DNA of 64,000 nucleotides from Escherichia coli (GTDB lineage Bacteria; Pseudomonadota; Gammaproteobacteria; Enterobacterales; Enterobacteriaceae): NCBI RefSeq assembly GCF_017348835.2, contig NZ_CP071375.1; one strand, 5' to 3'. Shown piece by piece: positions 11,176 to 21,637 of this stretch (position 1 is its first letter; each line of letters starts with the position of its first letter). The notes under the pieces were generated by a model. It saw only the letters and a program-made list of their open reading frames with translations, ran no database searches and was not told where the DNA came from. The position numbers and the translations under genes were made by a program.

Positions 11176-12462
11176 TTACTTCAGATCGGCCTGTACCTGA
11201 CGCAGCGGTTTCGCCCACGGGTTTTTGGCCTGAACATCTGCTGGCAATGTAGATACCGCTTTTTTCGCCTCTTCTTTCGAAGCGTACACGCCAGAAACCA
11301 GGACATACCACGGCTGACCATTACGCGTCGTTTCATAGACAACGTAGTTTTTCAGATTCTCTTTCTTCGCCCAACCGTTCAGGTTGTCGTAGTTAGAGGA
11401 ACTGCTCAGCTGCAGAGTGTAATGGCTGGACGGTGCCGATTTCAACGAACCAACATTACCTGCGGTCTTCCCTCCAGCGGCTGGTGTTGCCGTGGTTTGC
11501 GCCGGGGATGCCGTCTGTACTGGAGCCGTAGTCGCCGTCTCTTTTGGTGCTGGCGTAGAAGTCGCAGCCGGTGCCTTCGTGCTCGCCACAGGAGCAGCTG
11601 GTTCAGTACGCTTCGGCGTCTGTGCTACCGGCTTCGGTTCCGTTTTCACGGTTGCTTGCGGTTTTTTCGGTTCAATCACCGCCTGCTGACGAGCTGGACG
11701 CGTAGTGGCCGGACGTTCAGCAGTTTGCGTTTTCGCCGTGTCACGCGATGCATTGCCATTGCGTACTGGCGCGACAGTTGCTGGTTCAGTCGGCAATGTA
11801 GAATTGACCGCCACATTGTTCAACTGTTGCTGATTTTGTGGCTGGGTCAGCGCATTGTTCAGGTCACCCTGCACTTCAACACGTTGTTGACCATCCGTTG
11901 CCGCCGGGGTTTGCCCTTGAGTCGGCGTAGAAGAGATCGGCGGCAGAGAAACATCCTGCTGAGTATTTTCCGCAGACGTGGTTCCCGGCGCTGGCTGCAC
12001 GCCATTGGCCTGATCGGTCGCATTGCCAGCAAGATCAATACTCTTCTCGCCAGACGCGGTTTGATCGCTGGAAGTGGTCGAGGGGGCTTTTAGCGCAGAA
12101 CCGATACCGATGATCAACAGCAGTAGAACCAGAATGCCGACGCCCATCATCATATACTGACGAGAAGCGGGTTTACTGGCTGCTTTTTTGCGCTTACGCG
12201 GACGACGCTCTACGCGCTCTTCATCCACGGTTTCATCTTCGGATTCGTCAATTTCTTCTTCGATTTCCGGTTCCTCATTGCGCTCTTTTTGCGCACGAGT
12301 CGGACGGCGATCGTCAGTGTCATCAAGTTCAATATCATCAAAATTGATCTGCGGTTCGCCACGTTCAGTACGCTCAGAACGTTCAGAAGATTGACGAGAA
12401 CGACCAGTACGACGATCGCTGGGATCGGGTTTCAGCTCGTCTTCTGGTTTGAATTCATCCAT
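11176..12462 (-). CDS. damX: Cell-division protein DamX (low-complexity periplasmic region, C-terminal SPOR domain)
   Basis: 428-aa ORF with acidic N-terminus, Pro/Thr/Ala/Gln-rich middle and SPOR-like C-terminus. Confidence 0.9.
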
Positions 12463-12553
12463 TTAACACCCCACTAAAAGGTTAATGCTTACCACGTTGC
12501 AATTAACCTGAAGCTAATAGACCGCTTGATAAGCGGCCTGACCTTTCTTGTTG

Positions 12554-13642
12554 TTACGCTGATTGACAATCGGCAATGGCGTTAAGAACAAGCTCGTGCG
12601 AAACGCCGCTGCGAACTTCACTCTTACCAATTGCCAACGGAAGAATTAAGCGCATCTCTCCCGCAAGGACTTTCTTGTCACGCAGCATATGCGGTAAATA
12701 CGCCTGCGCGGACATTTCGCGCGGCCCATTGACCGGTAACCCAGCCCGCTTGAGCAGGGTTATAATACGCTGCGTTTCGGCAGAACTAAACTGCCCGAGA
12801 CGTTCCGACGTCCGCGCCGCCATCACCATACCCGCAGCGACCGCTTCACCATGTAACCAATTGCCATACCCCATTTCAGCTTCAATGGCATGACCAAAGG
12901 TGTGTCCCAGATTCAGTAAAGCACGTAACCCGGTTTCGCGCTCGTCGGCGGCGACAACTTCTGCCTTCAGTTCACAACAACGGCGAATACAGTACGCCAT
13001 TGCCGGACCGTCCAGACGCAACAACGCATCCAGATTCTCTTCCAGCCAGTTAAAAAACGCACCGTCAAGAATAATGCCGTATTTGATGACTTCTGCCAGC
13101 CCCGACGCTAACTCACGCGGGGGAAGCGTTTTCAGACAGTCGAGATCCACCACCACTGAAGCAGGCTGGTAGAACGCGCCAATCATGTTTTTACCGAGGG
13201 GATGGTTGACCGCAGTTTTGCCGCCAACGGAGGAATCGACCTGCGACAGTAACGTCGTCGGGACTTGAATGAAACGAACACCGCGCTGATAACTCGCCGC
13301 CGCGAAGCCGGTCAGATCGCCCACTACGCCGCCGCCAAGCGCCACCAGCGTAGTATCGCGACCATGCGGCTTTTGTAACAACGCCGTAAAGACGGTATCG
13401 AGTACAGCCAGGCTTTTATACTGCTCGCCGTCAGGAAGGATAACGCTATCGACGTTAACACCCGCCTGTTCAAGTACGCCGCGGACCTTATCGAGATACA
13501 GAGGAGCCAGGGTTTCGTTGGTGACCAACATGACCTGCTCGCCCGATTTCAGCGGTAAGAATGAAGCTGGTTCATTAAACAAACCAGATGCGATGGTAAT
13601 TGGGTAACTACGTTCCCCGAGAGTAACGACAATCCTCTCCAT
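12554..13642 (-). CDS. aroB: 3-dehydroquinate synthase
   Basis: 362-aa ORF, synteny. Confidence 0.95.
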
Positions 13643-13698
13643 AACGCGACATCCACCTTAATTACTGTACCCGCAGACGAGTGTATATAAAGCCAGAA

Positions 13699-14220
13699 TT
13701 AGTTGCTTTCCAGCATGTGAATAATCTGGTTAGCGACCACTTTAGCGCTTTGATCATCAGTACGAATGGTCACGTCGGCAATCTCTTCATACAGCGGATT
13801 GCGTTCATTGGCCAACGCTTCCAGAACTTCACGTGGCGGTGTTTCAACGTGCAGCAACGGGCGTTTTTTATCACGCTGCGTGCGTGCAAGTTGCTTTTCG
13901 ATGGTCGTTTCAAGATAAACGACAACGCCACGAGCGGAAAGACGGTTACGCGTTTCACGGGATTTCACAGAGCCGCCGCCAGTAGCCAGCACAATACCCT
14001 GTTTCTCGGTCAACTCATTGATGACCTTTTCTTCGCGATCGCGGAAGCCTTCTTCGCCTTCTAAATCGAAAACCCAGCCCACATCAGCTCCGGTTCGTTT
14101 CTCAATCTCTTGATCGGAATCGTAAAATTCCATATTGAGTTGTTGAGCTAACTGGCGCCCAATAGTGCTTTTTCCGGCACCCATAGGCCCAACCAGAAAG
14201 ATATTGCGTTTCTCTGCCAT
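13699..14220 (-). CDS. aroK: Shikimate kinase I
   Basis: ORF 13699-14421; start placed at [21 protein letters not shown] (P-loop) giving 173 aa. Confidence 0.9.
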   Translation of the reverse strand: MAEKRNIFLVGPMGAGKSTIGRQLAQQLNMEFYDSDQEIEKRTGADVGWVFDLEGEEGFRDREEKVINELTEKQGIVLATGGGSVKSRETRNRLSARGVVVYLETTIEKQLARTQRDKKRPLLHVETPPREVLEALANERNPLYEEIADVTIRTDDQSAKVVANQIIHMLESN

Positions 14221-14620
14221 TTTTTCGGTACTACTAAGACTATTCGTTAATGATAAACCCGCTTCGCTCAGAGAGCGCCGCAGGACATGAACTGAAACCT
14301 CATAAGATATTGCGAGAGTCAGACTGAAAATTATCTCAATACTCCAGCGGGTTTGGCAACTGAATAAATCACCCATCCCTCTGCATATCTGGTCGCTGCA
14401 AGCGCGCTGCCTTGCTACCACCGCTCTGGCGATAAATCACCGGGTAAGATTAGCGTAAAAAAGACAGCAAAATGCCGCCTGAATGATAAATCATCATCAT
14501 GGAACGCAGGCAGCGAAGAGCACCAACTCTCAAATCGGTACTCCTTGTATGCTAAATACCTGCGCGCGTCAAATAGATGAAACACGTTCAGCATAAAAAC
14601 ATTACCGCTTTTACGGCTGT

Positions 14621-15859
14621 TTACTCACTGGAAACCAGTCGTGGCGTGATAAACACCACTAACTCGCGTCGTTCATCTTCTTTTCCGTCATGACGAAATA
14701 ATTGCCCGAACCAGGGAATGTCGCCAAGCAACGGTACGCTATCCTGACCCGATTTATTTTTACGGGTAAAAATGCCGCCCAGCGCCAACGTTTCTCCGCT
14801 TTTGACCTCGACCTGCGTTTCGATCTCCTGCTTATCAATCGCCAGCACTTCGCCATCGGCCTGCTGTAGCACCTGCCCCGGAACGTTCTGGCTGATGTGT
14901 AATTTCAGCCGGATGCGACCTTTTTGTAACACCGTGGGCGTGACCTCCATCCCCAGGACGGCCTCTTTAAATTCCACCGACGTCGCGCCACTTTCCCCGC
15001 TGGAAACCTGATATGGAATTTCGCTCCCCTGTTTAATGCTGGCAGGCTGAAGATGTGAGGCCAGCAGACGCGGACTAGCGATAATATCCAGCTGCTGTTT
15101 TTGTTCGAGCGCAGAAAGCTCAAGATCCAGCAAACGTCCGTTGATGCGCCCAATGTTAAAACCGACATGCGTTGTCGCCGTCGCTACGGAGAGGTCGCTG
15201 CCAAGCGTGGTGACTTGCCCAACGCCACCAGCGTGTTGCGCATCGGCCAGCGTCCATTTCACGCCTAACTCACGCAAACTTTTTTCATTAATGGTGACAA
15301 TATGCGCCGACAGCTCAACCTGCCCGACCGGCAGATCCATTTGCGCTACCCACTGTTCAAGGGCGCTTAACGCCGTTTTGTTATCTCGTAGCAAAAGGCG
15401 ATTGGTGCGTTTATCGACGGTCATACTCCCTTTGGCACTCAGTAGCTTCTCCCCAGCTTTCGCCAGCTCTCCGGCGTCGGCGTATTGCAGAGTAATATTG
15501 CGATTTTCCAGCGGCAGATTTGCCTGCGCCCGCGCCTGCTCCGCTTCCTGACGGGCGATATTGTCATTCTGCCAGGCAATGGAATGCACTGAGAGAATGT
15601 TGCCCTCCTGGCGCGTTATCAGTCCGGCGCTTTTCACTACAGTTTGTAGTGCCTGCTTCCAGGGAACATCTGTTAGATGTAACGACACCGTACCGCTGAC
15701 GTCTGGCGACATCACCAGGTTCAACTTCTCCTGTTCAGCCAGCGCCTGCAACACCTGAGCTACCGGAACGTCATCCACCATCAGCGTCACTTTTTGCGGC
15801 TTTGCCGCCTGTACGCCGGGTATCAGCATCAACAGTAGTGCGGCTATCCATTGCTTCAT
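14621..15859 (-). CDS. hofQ: Secretin HofQ (type IV pilus / DNA-uptake outer-membrane channel)
   Basis: 412-aa ORF with signal peptide and secretin C-terminal domain. Confidence 0.9.
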   Translation of the reverse strand: MKQWIAALLLMLIPGVQAAKPQKVTLMVDDVPVAQVLQALAEQEKLNLVMSPDVSGTVSLHLTDVPWKQALQTVVKSAGLITRQEGNILSVHSIAWQNDNIARQEAEQARAQANLPLENRNITLQYADAGELAKAGEKLLSAKGSMTVDKRTNRLLLRDNKTALSALEQWVAQMDLPVGQVELSAHIVTINEKSLRELGVKWTLADAQHAGGVGQVTTLGSDLSVATATTHVGFNIGRINGRLLDLELSALEQKQQLDIIASPRLLASHLQPASIKQGSEIPYQVSSGESGATSVEFKEAVLGMEVTPTVLQKGRIRLKLHISQNVPGQVLQQADGEVLAIDKQEIETQVEVKSGETLALGGIFTRKNKSGQDSVPLLGDIPWFGQLFRHDGKEDERRELVVFITPRLVSSE

Positions 15860-16189
15860 TTGTATCTCCTTGCCGTTGCCACAACCATTGTGGCGGTTCG
15901 CAGTTTGTCCCGGTACCCAGCGTTAGTGCGTCTGGCGTCAGCTGTAAAATTGTCCAGCCGTTTTCCAGCACATCGTTTTGCTGCACCCGTCGCCATTTCT
16001 TTTGCCCGTCTTTTATTACACCGATGATGCGCTCGCCTCGCCCTACCATCCCCTGATAGCGCCACTGGCTAAGTTCGCTAATCCGGCTTCGCTAATCCGG
16101 CATAGATCTTCCGGCGGTTTAAAAGGGTCACGCATACCGGTTAAAAGGCACAACGCAATACCTGCCAACAACCAGCGTTTAACCCTCAT
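15771..16189 (-). pseudogene. hofP: hofP disrupted by a 14-bp tandem duplication (frameshift after codon 34)
   Basis: Two ORF fragments (16043-16228 and 15771-16049) in different frames; exact repeat TTCGCTAATCCGGC x2 at 16074-16101; deleting one copy restores one ~134-codon frame. Confidence 0.8.
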
Positions 16190-16619
16190 GCGACGTCTCC
16201 AGTTGTAGCGTGAACAAAAGGTCATCACCTTCCACGCTTAACGAAAAACGGCTCACGCTGACGTTGCGCTCTGCCAGCCGTGTAAATGCCGACGGCACTG
16301 CTTCCCACAGCGTTTTCAACGCCAACTCACCTCCCTGCGCGGATGGATGCCAGGAAACCAGTTGCGCGCCGGATAACTGAAAATCCAGAGGCGAAAAGGG
16401 CAGCGTTTTTTCCTCGCTGAAGGGAGTGGTGTCTACCAGGCGATACAGTGCGGCCCACTGCTGGTGATGACTTGCCCGTAGTCGAATTAATGCGTCGCTC
16501 TCTTCATGGTGTGTCGATGACAGAAAAATGAGCGTAACTAACATCAGCAACCAGACTGCCCAGCAAAACTGGCGGAGGCGGGGTGATATGGCGAACCACC
16601 AGTCAAAGAACATGTTCAT
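16179..16619 (-). CDS. hofO: HofO pilus assembly protein
   Basis: 146-aa ORF, synteny. Confidence 0.85.
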   Translation of the reverse strand: MNMFFDWWFAISPRLRQFCWAVWLLMLVTLIFLSSTHHEESDALIRLRASHHQQWAALYRLVDTTPFSEEKTLPFSPLDFQLSGAQLVSWHPSAQGGELALKTLWEAVPSAFTRLAERNVSVSRFSLSVEGDDLLFTLQLETSHEG

Positions 16620-17142
16620 CGCTAACCTTCCTTGTTAACTGATACTCAAATTGCCAGCGTCCCTGCGCATCCTGCTGCGTGGCCCCCCGCTGATTGAGAT
16701 GAAAAGACGCATCCTGGCGGAGTGACGTTTCTAGTGCGTTTAACGCGGTAATGCTTGTTGTCAGCCCCTTGATCTCCAGCGTTCCCTGCTGCCAGCTTAT
16801 CGTTGTCAGCCAGGCGTGCTCGGGTAAAAGCGCCGCCAGTGCTTCCAGCGCAGATTGCCAGTCGCGGGTAAATTGTCGCTGGCGCTGCCTTTGCAAACGC
16901 TGCTCACGAATTTGTTGGCGCTCCAGCAAACGTGGTTTCGTTATCTGTAAGCTGTGGGCGAGTTGTTGTTCCCCCTGAAGCAAAACGGCGTCTACGCGCG
17001 CTTCGGCGCTGCCTGTCAGACGCAGTATTAGCGTTATCCCGACGGCCAGCAGCAGAGGTGCAACGAACATCAGCAACCAGAAACGAAGAAAAGCGGTCCG
17101 GCGTTGCTGTCGCCAGGGCAAAAAATTAATTGGCGGGTTCAT
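16603..17142 (-). CDS. hofN: HofN pilus assembly protein (PilN-like)
   Basis: 179-aa ORF with N-terminal TM helix, synteny. Confidence 0.85.
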   Translation of the reverse strand: MNPPINFLPWRQQRRTAFLRFWLLMFVAPLLLAVGITLILRLTGSAEARVDAVLLQGEQQLAHSLQITKPRLLERQQIREQRLQRQRQRQFTRDWQSALEALAALLPEHAWLTTISWQQGTLEIKGLTTSITALNALETSLRQDASFHLNQRGATQQDAQGRWQFEYQLTRKVSDEHVL

Positions 17143-17921
17143 CAGTACGCCTTCCCAAGCGCCAGCCCCAGCGCGATGGCAAAGTCTCCACCTGGCGGCG
17201 GTAGCGGCGGCTGACGAACAGAAACGGCCTCCCAGGGATCAAATCCGCCTTCGCCACATATCGCGACGCTTTCGGGATCAACGGATAACGCTGCCGCCAG
17301 CTCCTTCGCGCTAGTCATCCCCACCGCCAGTTTGCGCCCCCAGCGATAGCGCGTCGCCCACAGCCACTGTTCGTTATCACGCCAGGCCAGACATTGCTGA
17401 TGAGAAGGTAAAAAAGGCAGGAATCGCTGTAATGCACTCGCATCCGGGGTGATAGCGCTCACATGAACACGCAACCTTTCTGCCAGAGTGAGTAGCGTTG
17501 CCAGCTCTTTGCTTTGCGCGGCAGTCACGTTATAAGCGGGGCTGAGTGAGTCTTCGCTGTAATCGAAGCGCAGGGAGTCCGGATCCATATCCAGCTCGCG
17601 GGCCATCGTCCCGGACAGCCAGGCCGTTTGCTCCCGCTCACCGAGGGACATCGACGGGCGCGGAAATGACCGCTGTAATGTGCGACTGGCGGGAAACGCC
17701 AACATGATGTGATGGCGCTGCGGCAGTTCGCGACTCCACGGTAACAACGTTTTAGCCAGCCGCTGCGCATCAACAATCCGCCCATCTTTGATAATGTCGT
17801 GCGCCAGCGGCAACCGCCACCAGCGTTGCAAAAAGCATTCTTTTGCGCCCCGCACGATCGCAACCGCTACCGCTTCTTGCTGTTGTAAATGCAAACCAAT
17901 TTGCCAGATCTTAAATGCCAT
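17142..17921 (-). CDS. hofM: HofM pilus assembly protein (PilM-like)
   Basis: ORF 17142-17948; start placed at MAFKIWQIGLH giving 259 aa. Confidence 0.85.
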   Translation of the reverse strand: MAFKIWQIGLHLQQQEAVAVAIVRGAKECFLQRWWRLPLAHDIIKDGRIVDAQRLAKTLLPWSRELPQRHHIMLAFPASRTLQRSFPRPSMSLGEREQTAWLSGTMARELDMDPDSLRFDYSEDSLSPAYNVTAAQSKELATLLTLAERLRVHVSAITPDASALQRFLPFLPSHQQCLAWRDNEQWLWATRYRWGRKLAVGMTSAKELAAALSVDPESVAICGEGGFDPWEAVSVRQPPLPPPGGDFAIALGLALGKAY

Positions 17922-18040
17922 TGTGATGATCTCCTTATCACCCGTCACTCTGACGGGTATATCAATGCGTCTGGCTTGCCTTTATACTACCGCGCGTTTG
18001 TTTATAAACTGCCCAAATGAAACTAAATGGGAAATTTCCA

Positions 18041-20593
18041 GTGAAGTTCGTAAAGTATTTTTTGATCCTTGCAGTCTGTTGCATTCTGCTGGGAGCAGGC
18101 TCGATTTATGGCCTATACCGCTACATCGAGCCACAACTGCCGGATGTGGCGACATTAAAAGATGTTCGCCTGCAAATTCCGATGCAGATTTACAGCGCCG
18201 ATGGCGAGCTGATTGCTCAATACGGTGAGAAACGTCGTATTCCGGTTACGTTGGATCAAATCCCGCCGGAGATGGTGAAAGCCTTTATCGCGACGGAAGA
18301 CAGCCGCTTCTACGAGCATCACGGCGTTGACCCGGTGGGGATCTTCCGTGCAGCAAGCGTGGCGCTGTTCTCCGGCCACGCGTCACAAGGGGCGAGTACC
18401 ATTACCCAGCAGCTGGCGAGAAACTTCTTCCTCAGTCCAGAACGCACGCTGATGCGTAAGATTAAGGAAGTCTTCCTCGCGATTCGCATTGAACAGTTGC
18501 TGACGAAAGACGAAATCCTCGAGCTTTATCTGAACAAGATTTACCTTGGTTACCGCGCCTATGGTGTCGGTGCTGCGGCACAAGTCTATTTCGGGAAAAC
18601 GGTCGACCAACTGACGCTGAACGAAATGGCTGTGATAGCCGGGCTGCCGAAAGCGCCTTCCACCTTCAACCCGCTCTACTCGATGGATCGTGCCGTCGCG
18701 CGGCGTAACGTCGTGCTATCGCGGATGCTGGATGAAGGGTATATCACCCAACAACAGTTCGATCAGACACGCACTGAGGCGATTAACGCTAACTATCACG
18801 CGCCGGAAATTGCTTTTTCTGCGCCGTACCTGAGCGAAATGGTGCGCCAGGAGATGTATAACCGTTATGGCGAAAGTGCCTATGAAGACGGTTATCGCAT
18901 TTACACCACCATCACCCGCAAAGTGCAGCAGGCCGCACAGCAGGCGGTACGTAATAACGTGCTGGACTACGACATGCGCCACGGCTATCGCGGCCCGGCA
19001 AATGTGCTGTGGAAAGTGGGCGAGTCGGCGTGGGATAACAACAAGATTACCGATACGCTGAAGGCGCTGCCGACCTATGGTCCGCTGCTGCCTGCCGCAG
19101 TCACCAGCGCCAATCCTCAGGAAGCGACGGCAATGCTGGCGGACGGGTCGACCGTCGCATTGAGTATGGAAGGCGTTCGCTGGGCGCGTCCTTACCGTTC
19201 GGATACTCAGCAGGGACCGACGCCGCGTAAAGTGACTGATGTTCTGCAAACGGGTCAGCAAATCTGGGTTCGTCAGGTTGGCGATGCATGGTGGCTGGCA
19301 CAAGTGCCGGAAGTGAACTCGGCGCTGGTGTCGATCAATCCGCAAAACGGTGCCGTTATGGCGTTGGTCGGTGGCTTTGATTTCAATCAGAGCAAGTTTA
19401 ACCGCGCCACCCAGGCACTGCGTCAGGTAGGTTCCAACATCAAACCGTTCCTCTACACCGCGGCAATGGATAAAGGTCTGACGCTGGCAAGTATGTTGAA
19501 CGATGTGCCAATTTCTCGCTGGGATGCAGGTGCCGGTTCTGACTGGCAGCCGAAGAACTCACCACCGCAGTATGCCGGTCCAATTCGCTTACGTCAGGGG
19601 CTGGGTCAGTCGAAAAACGTGGTGATGGTACGCGCAATGCGGGCGATGGGCGTCGACTACGCTGCAGAATATCTGCAACGCTTCGGCTTCCCGGCGCAAA
19701 ACATTGTCCACACCGAATCGCTGGCGCTGGGTTCAGCGTCCTTCACCCCAATGCAGGTGGCGCGCGGCTACGCGGTCATGGCGAACGGCGGCTTCCTGGT
19801 GGACCCGTGGTTTATCAGCAAAATTGAAAACGATCAGGGCGGCGTGATTTTCGAAGCGAAACCGAAAGTAGCCTGCCCGGAATGCGATATTCCAGTGATT
19901 TACGGTGATACGCAGAAATCGAACGTGCTGGAAAATAACGATGTTGAAGATGTCGCTATCTCCCGCGAGCAGCAGAATGTTTCTGTACCAATGCCGCAGC
20001 TGGAGCAGGCAAATCAGGCGTTAGTGGCGAAGACTGGCGCGCAGGAGTACGCACCGCACGTCATCAACACTCCGCTGGCATTCCTGATTAAGAGTGCTTT
20101 GAACACCAATATCTTTGGTGAGCCAGGCTGGCAGGGTACCGGCTGGCGTGCAGGTCGTGATTTGCAGCGTCGCGATATCGGCGGGAAAACCGGTACCACT
20201 AACAGTTCGAAAGATGCGTGGTTCTCGGGTTACGGTCCGGGCGTTGTGACCTCGGTCTGGATTGGCTTTGATGATCACCGTCGTAATCTCGGTCATACAA
20301 CGGCTTCCGGAGCGATTAAAGATCAGATATCAGGTTACGAAGGCGGTGCCAAGAGCGCCCAGCCTGCATGGGACGCTTATATGAAAGCCGTTCTTGAAGG
20401 TGTGCCGGAGCAGCCGCTGACGCCGCCGCCAGGTATTGTGACGGTGAAAATCGATCGCAGCACCGGGCAGTTAGCTAATGGTGGCAACAGCCGCGAAGAG
20501 TATTTCATCGAAGGTACGCAGCCGACACAACAGGCGGTGCACGAGGTGGGAACGACCATTATCGATAATGGCGAGGCACAGGAATTGTTCTGA
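18041..20593 (+). CDS. mrcA: Penicillin-binding protein 1A (bifunctional glycosyltransferase/transpeptidase)
   Basis: ORF 18017-20593; GTG start at 18041 gives 850 aa; contains SxxK transpeptidase motif (SNIKPF) and KTG (KTGTT). Confidence 0.95.
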   Translation: MKFVKYFLILAVCCILLGAGSIYGLYRYIEPQLPDVATLKDVRLQIPMQIYSADGELIAQYGEKRRIPVTLDQIPPEMVKAFIATEDSRFYEHHGVDPVGIFRAASVALFSGHASQGASTITQQLARNFFLSPERTLMRKIKEVFLAIRIEQLLTKDEILELYLNKIYLGYRAYGVGAAAQVYFGKTVDQLTLNEMAVIAGLPKAPSTFNPLYSMDRAVARRNVVLSRMLDEGYITQQQFDQTRTEAINANYHAPEIAFSAPYLSEMVRQEMYNRYGESAYEDGYRIYTTITRKVQQAAQQAVRNNVLDYDMRHGYRGPANVLWKVGESAWDNNKITDTLKALPTYGPLLPAAVTSANPQEATAMLADGSTVALSMEGVRWARPYRSDTQQGPTPRKVTDVLQTGQQIWVRQVGDAWWLAQVPEVNSALVSINPQNGAVMALVGGFDFNQSKFNRATQALRQVGSNIKPFLYTAAMDKGLTLASMLNDVPISRWDAGAGSDWQPKNSPPQYAGPIRLRQGLGQSKNVVMVRAMRAMGVDYAAEYLQRFGFPAQNIVHTESLALGSASFTPMQVARGYAVMANGGFLVDPWFISKIENDQGGVIFEAKPKVACPECDIPVIYGDTQKSNVLENNDVEDVAISREQQNVSVPMPQLEQANQALVAKTGAQEYAPHVINTPLAFLIKSALNTNIFGEPGWQGTGWRAGRDLQRRDIGGKTGTTNSSKDAWFSGYGPGVVTSVWIGFDDHRRNLGHTTASGAIKDQISGYEGGAKSAQPAWDAYMKAVLEGVPEQPLTPPPGIVTVKIDRSTGQLANGGNSREEYFIEGTQPTQQAVHEVGTTIIDNGEAQELF

Positions 20594-20595
20594 TT

Positions 20596-20618
20596 AAAAA
20601 GGCGCTTCGGCGCCTTTT
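20596..20618. terminator. Bidirectional rho-independent terminator between convergent mrcA and nudE
   Basis: AAAAAGGCGCTTCGGCGCCTTTT perfect hairpin flanked by A and T runs. Confidence 0.8.
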
Positions 20619-20647
20619 CAGTTTGCTGACAAAGTGCACTTGTTTAT

Positions 20648-20676
20648 GCCGGATACGGGTGAACGCGTTATCCGGC
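20648..20676. repeat. REP-like palindromic unit
   Basis: GCCGGATACGGGTGAACGCGTTATCCGGC imperfect palindrome. Confidence 0.6.
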
Positions 20677-20719
20677 TAACAAAATCGTGAAAACTCAATA
20701 TATTGCAGGAACCCCATAA

Positions 20720-20744
20720 GCCTGATAAGCGTTGTGCATCAGGC
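20720..20744. repeat. REP-like palindromic unit
   Basis: GCCTGATAAGCGTTGTGCATCAGGC palindrome. Confidence 0.6.
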
Positions 20745-20757
20745 AAACTTCACGCAT

Positions 20758-21318
20758 TTACACTCGCCCCTGCCCTTTCAACCATTCGCGCACGAGGAAC
20801 AGCGCGCTGACATTACGCGCTTCGTTGAAGTCAGGGTCTTCCAGCAAATCCATCATATGCGCCAGCGGCCAGCGCACCTGTGGTAGCGGCTCTGGCTCAT
20901 CGCCTTCCAGCGATTCCGGGTAGAGATCTTGCGCTACCACGATATTCATTTTGCTGGAAAAGTAAGACGGTGCCATGCTGAGCTTCTTCAAAAAAGTCAG
21001 ATCGTTCGCACCAAATCCAACCTCTTCTTTTAGCTCGCGGTTAGCGGCTTCGAAGACGCTTTCACCCGGATCAATTAATCCTTTCGAAAAACCTAATTCG
21101 TAGGATTCAGTTCCTACTGCGTATTCGCGGATCAGGATCAGGTGATCGTCCACAATCGGCACAATCATCACTGCTTCCCGGTTGGTTGGACGCATTCGTT
21201 CATAAACACGCCGCACGCCATTGCTGAACTCCAGATCCACGCTCTCGACGGTAAACAGTCGGGAACGGGCTACAGTTTCAACATTCAGAATGGTGGGTTT
21301 TTGTAATGATTTGCTCAT
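20758..21318 (-). CDS. nudE: ADP-sugar pyrophosphatase (Nudix hydrolase)
   Basis: 186-aa ORF with Nudix box (GLIDPGESVFEAANRELKEEVG). Confidence 0.9.
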   Translation of the reverse strand: MSKSLQKPTILNVETVARSRLFTVESVDLEFSNGVRRVYERMRPTNREAVMIVPIVDDHLILIREYAVGTESYELGFSKGLIDPGESVFEAANRELKEEVGFGANDLTFLKKLSMAPSYFSSKMNIVVAQDLYPESLEGDEPEPLPQVRWPLAHMMDLLEDPDFNEARNVSALFLVREWLKGQGRV

Positions 21319-21637
21319 CGTGGGATCTATGCTGTGAAATCAGCGGTTATTGTGCGATATCGGACACGCTTTCGGCAATGTGAATTGCATGTTATTTACA
21401 TTTATGTAACTTAATAAATAATCGTCCTCAAATCAAATTAAAAGTCAATAGGTTGAAATAACTCCAGGAATTTGCTGATATTCCGCCTTCAGAGGGTTTG
21501 CTATGATCAGCGGTTACTGTGATGTGCTTAATGATGCTCAAGTTAAACTCCACGCTTGCCGATAGCCAACCGCAGAATCATGTATTGTGTCCGGTGCGAC
21601 TGACCACGCCTGACAGACTAAGTAAGATGGGGAAAGC

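Noticed and set aside
11422-12093. 223-aa Arg/Ser/Cys-rich + strand ORF
   Set aside because: Reverse-strand artefact of the low-complexity damX linker
21319-21637. 319-bp AT-rich nudE-igaA intergenic region as a possible small RNA locus
   Set aside because: No terminator-like hairpin or conserved structure recognisable; more simply explained as divergent promoter region
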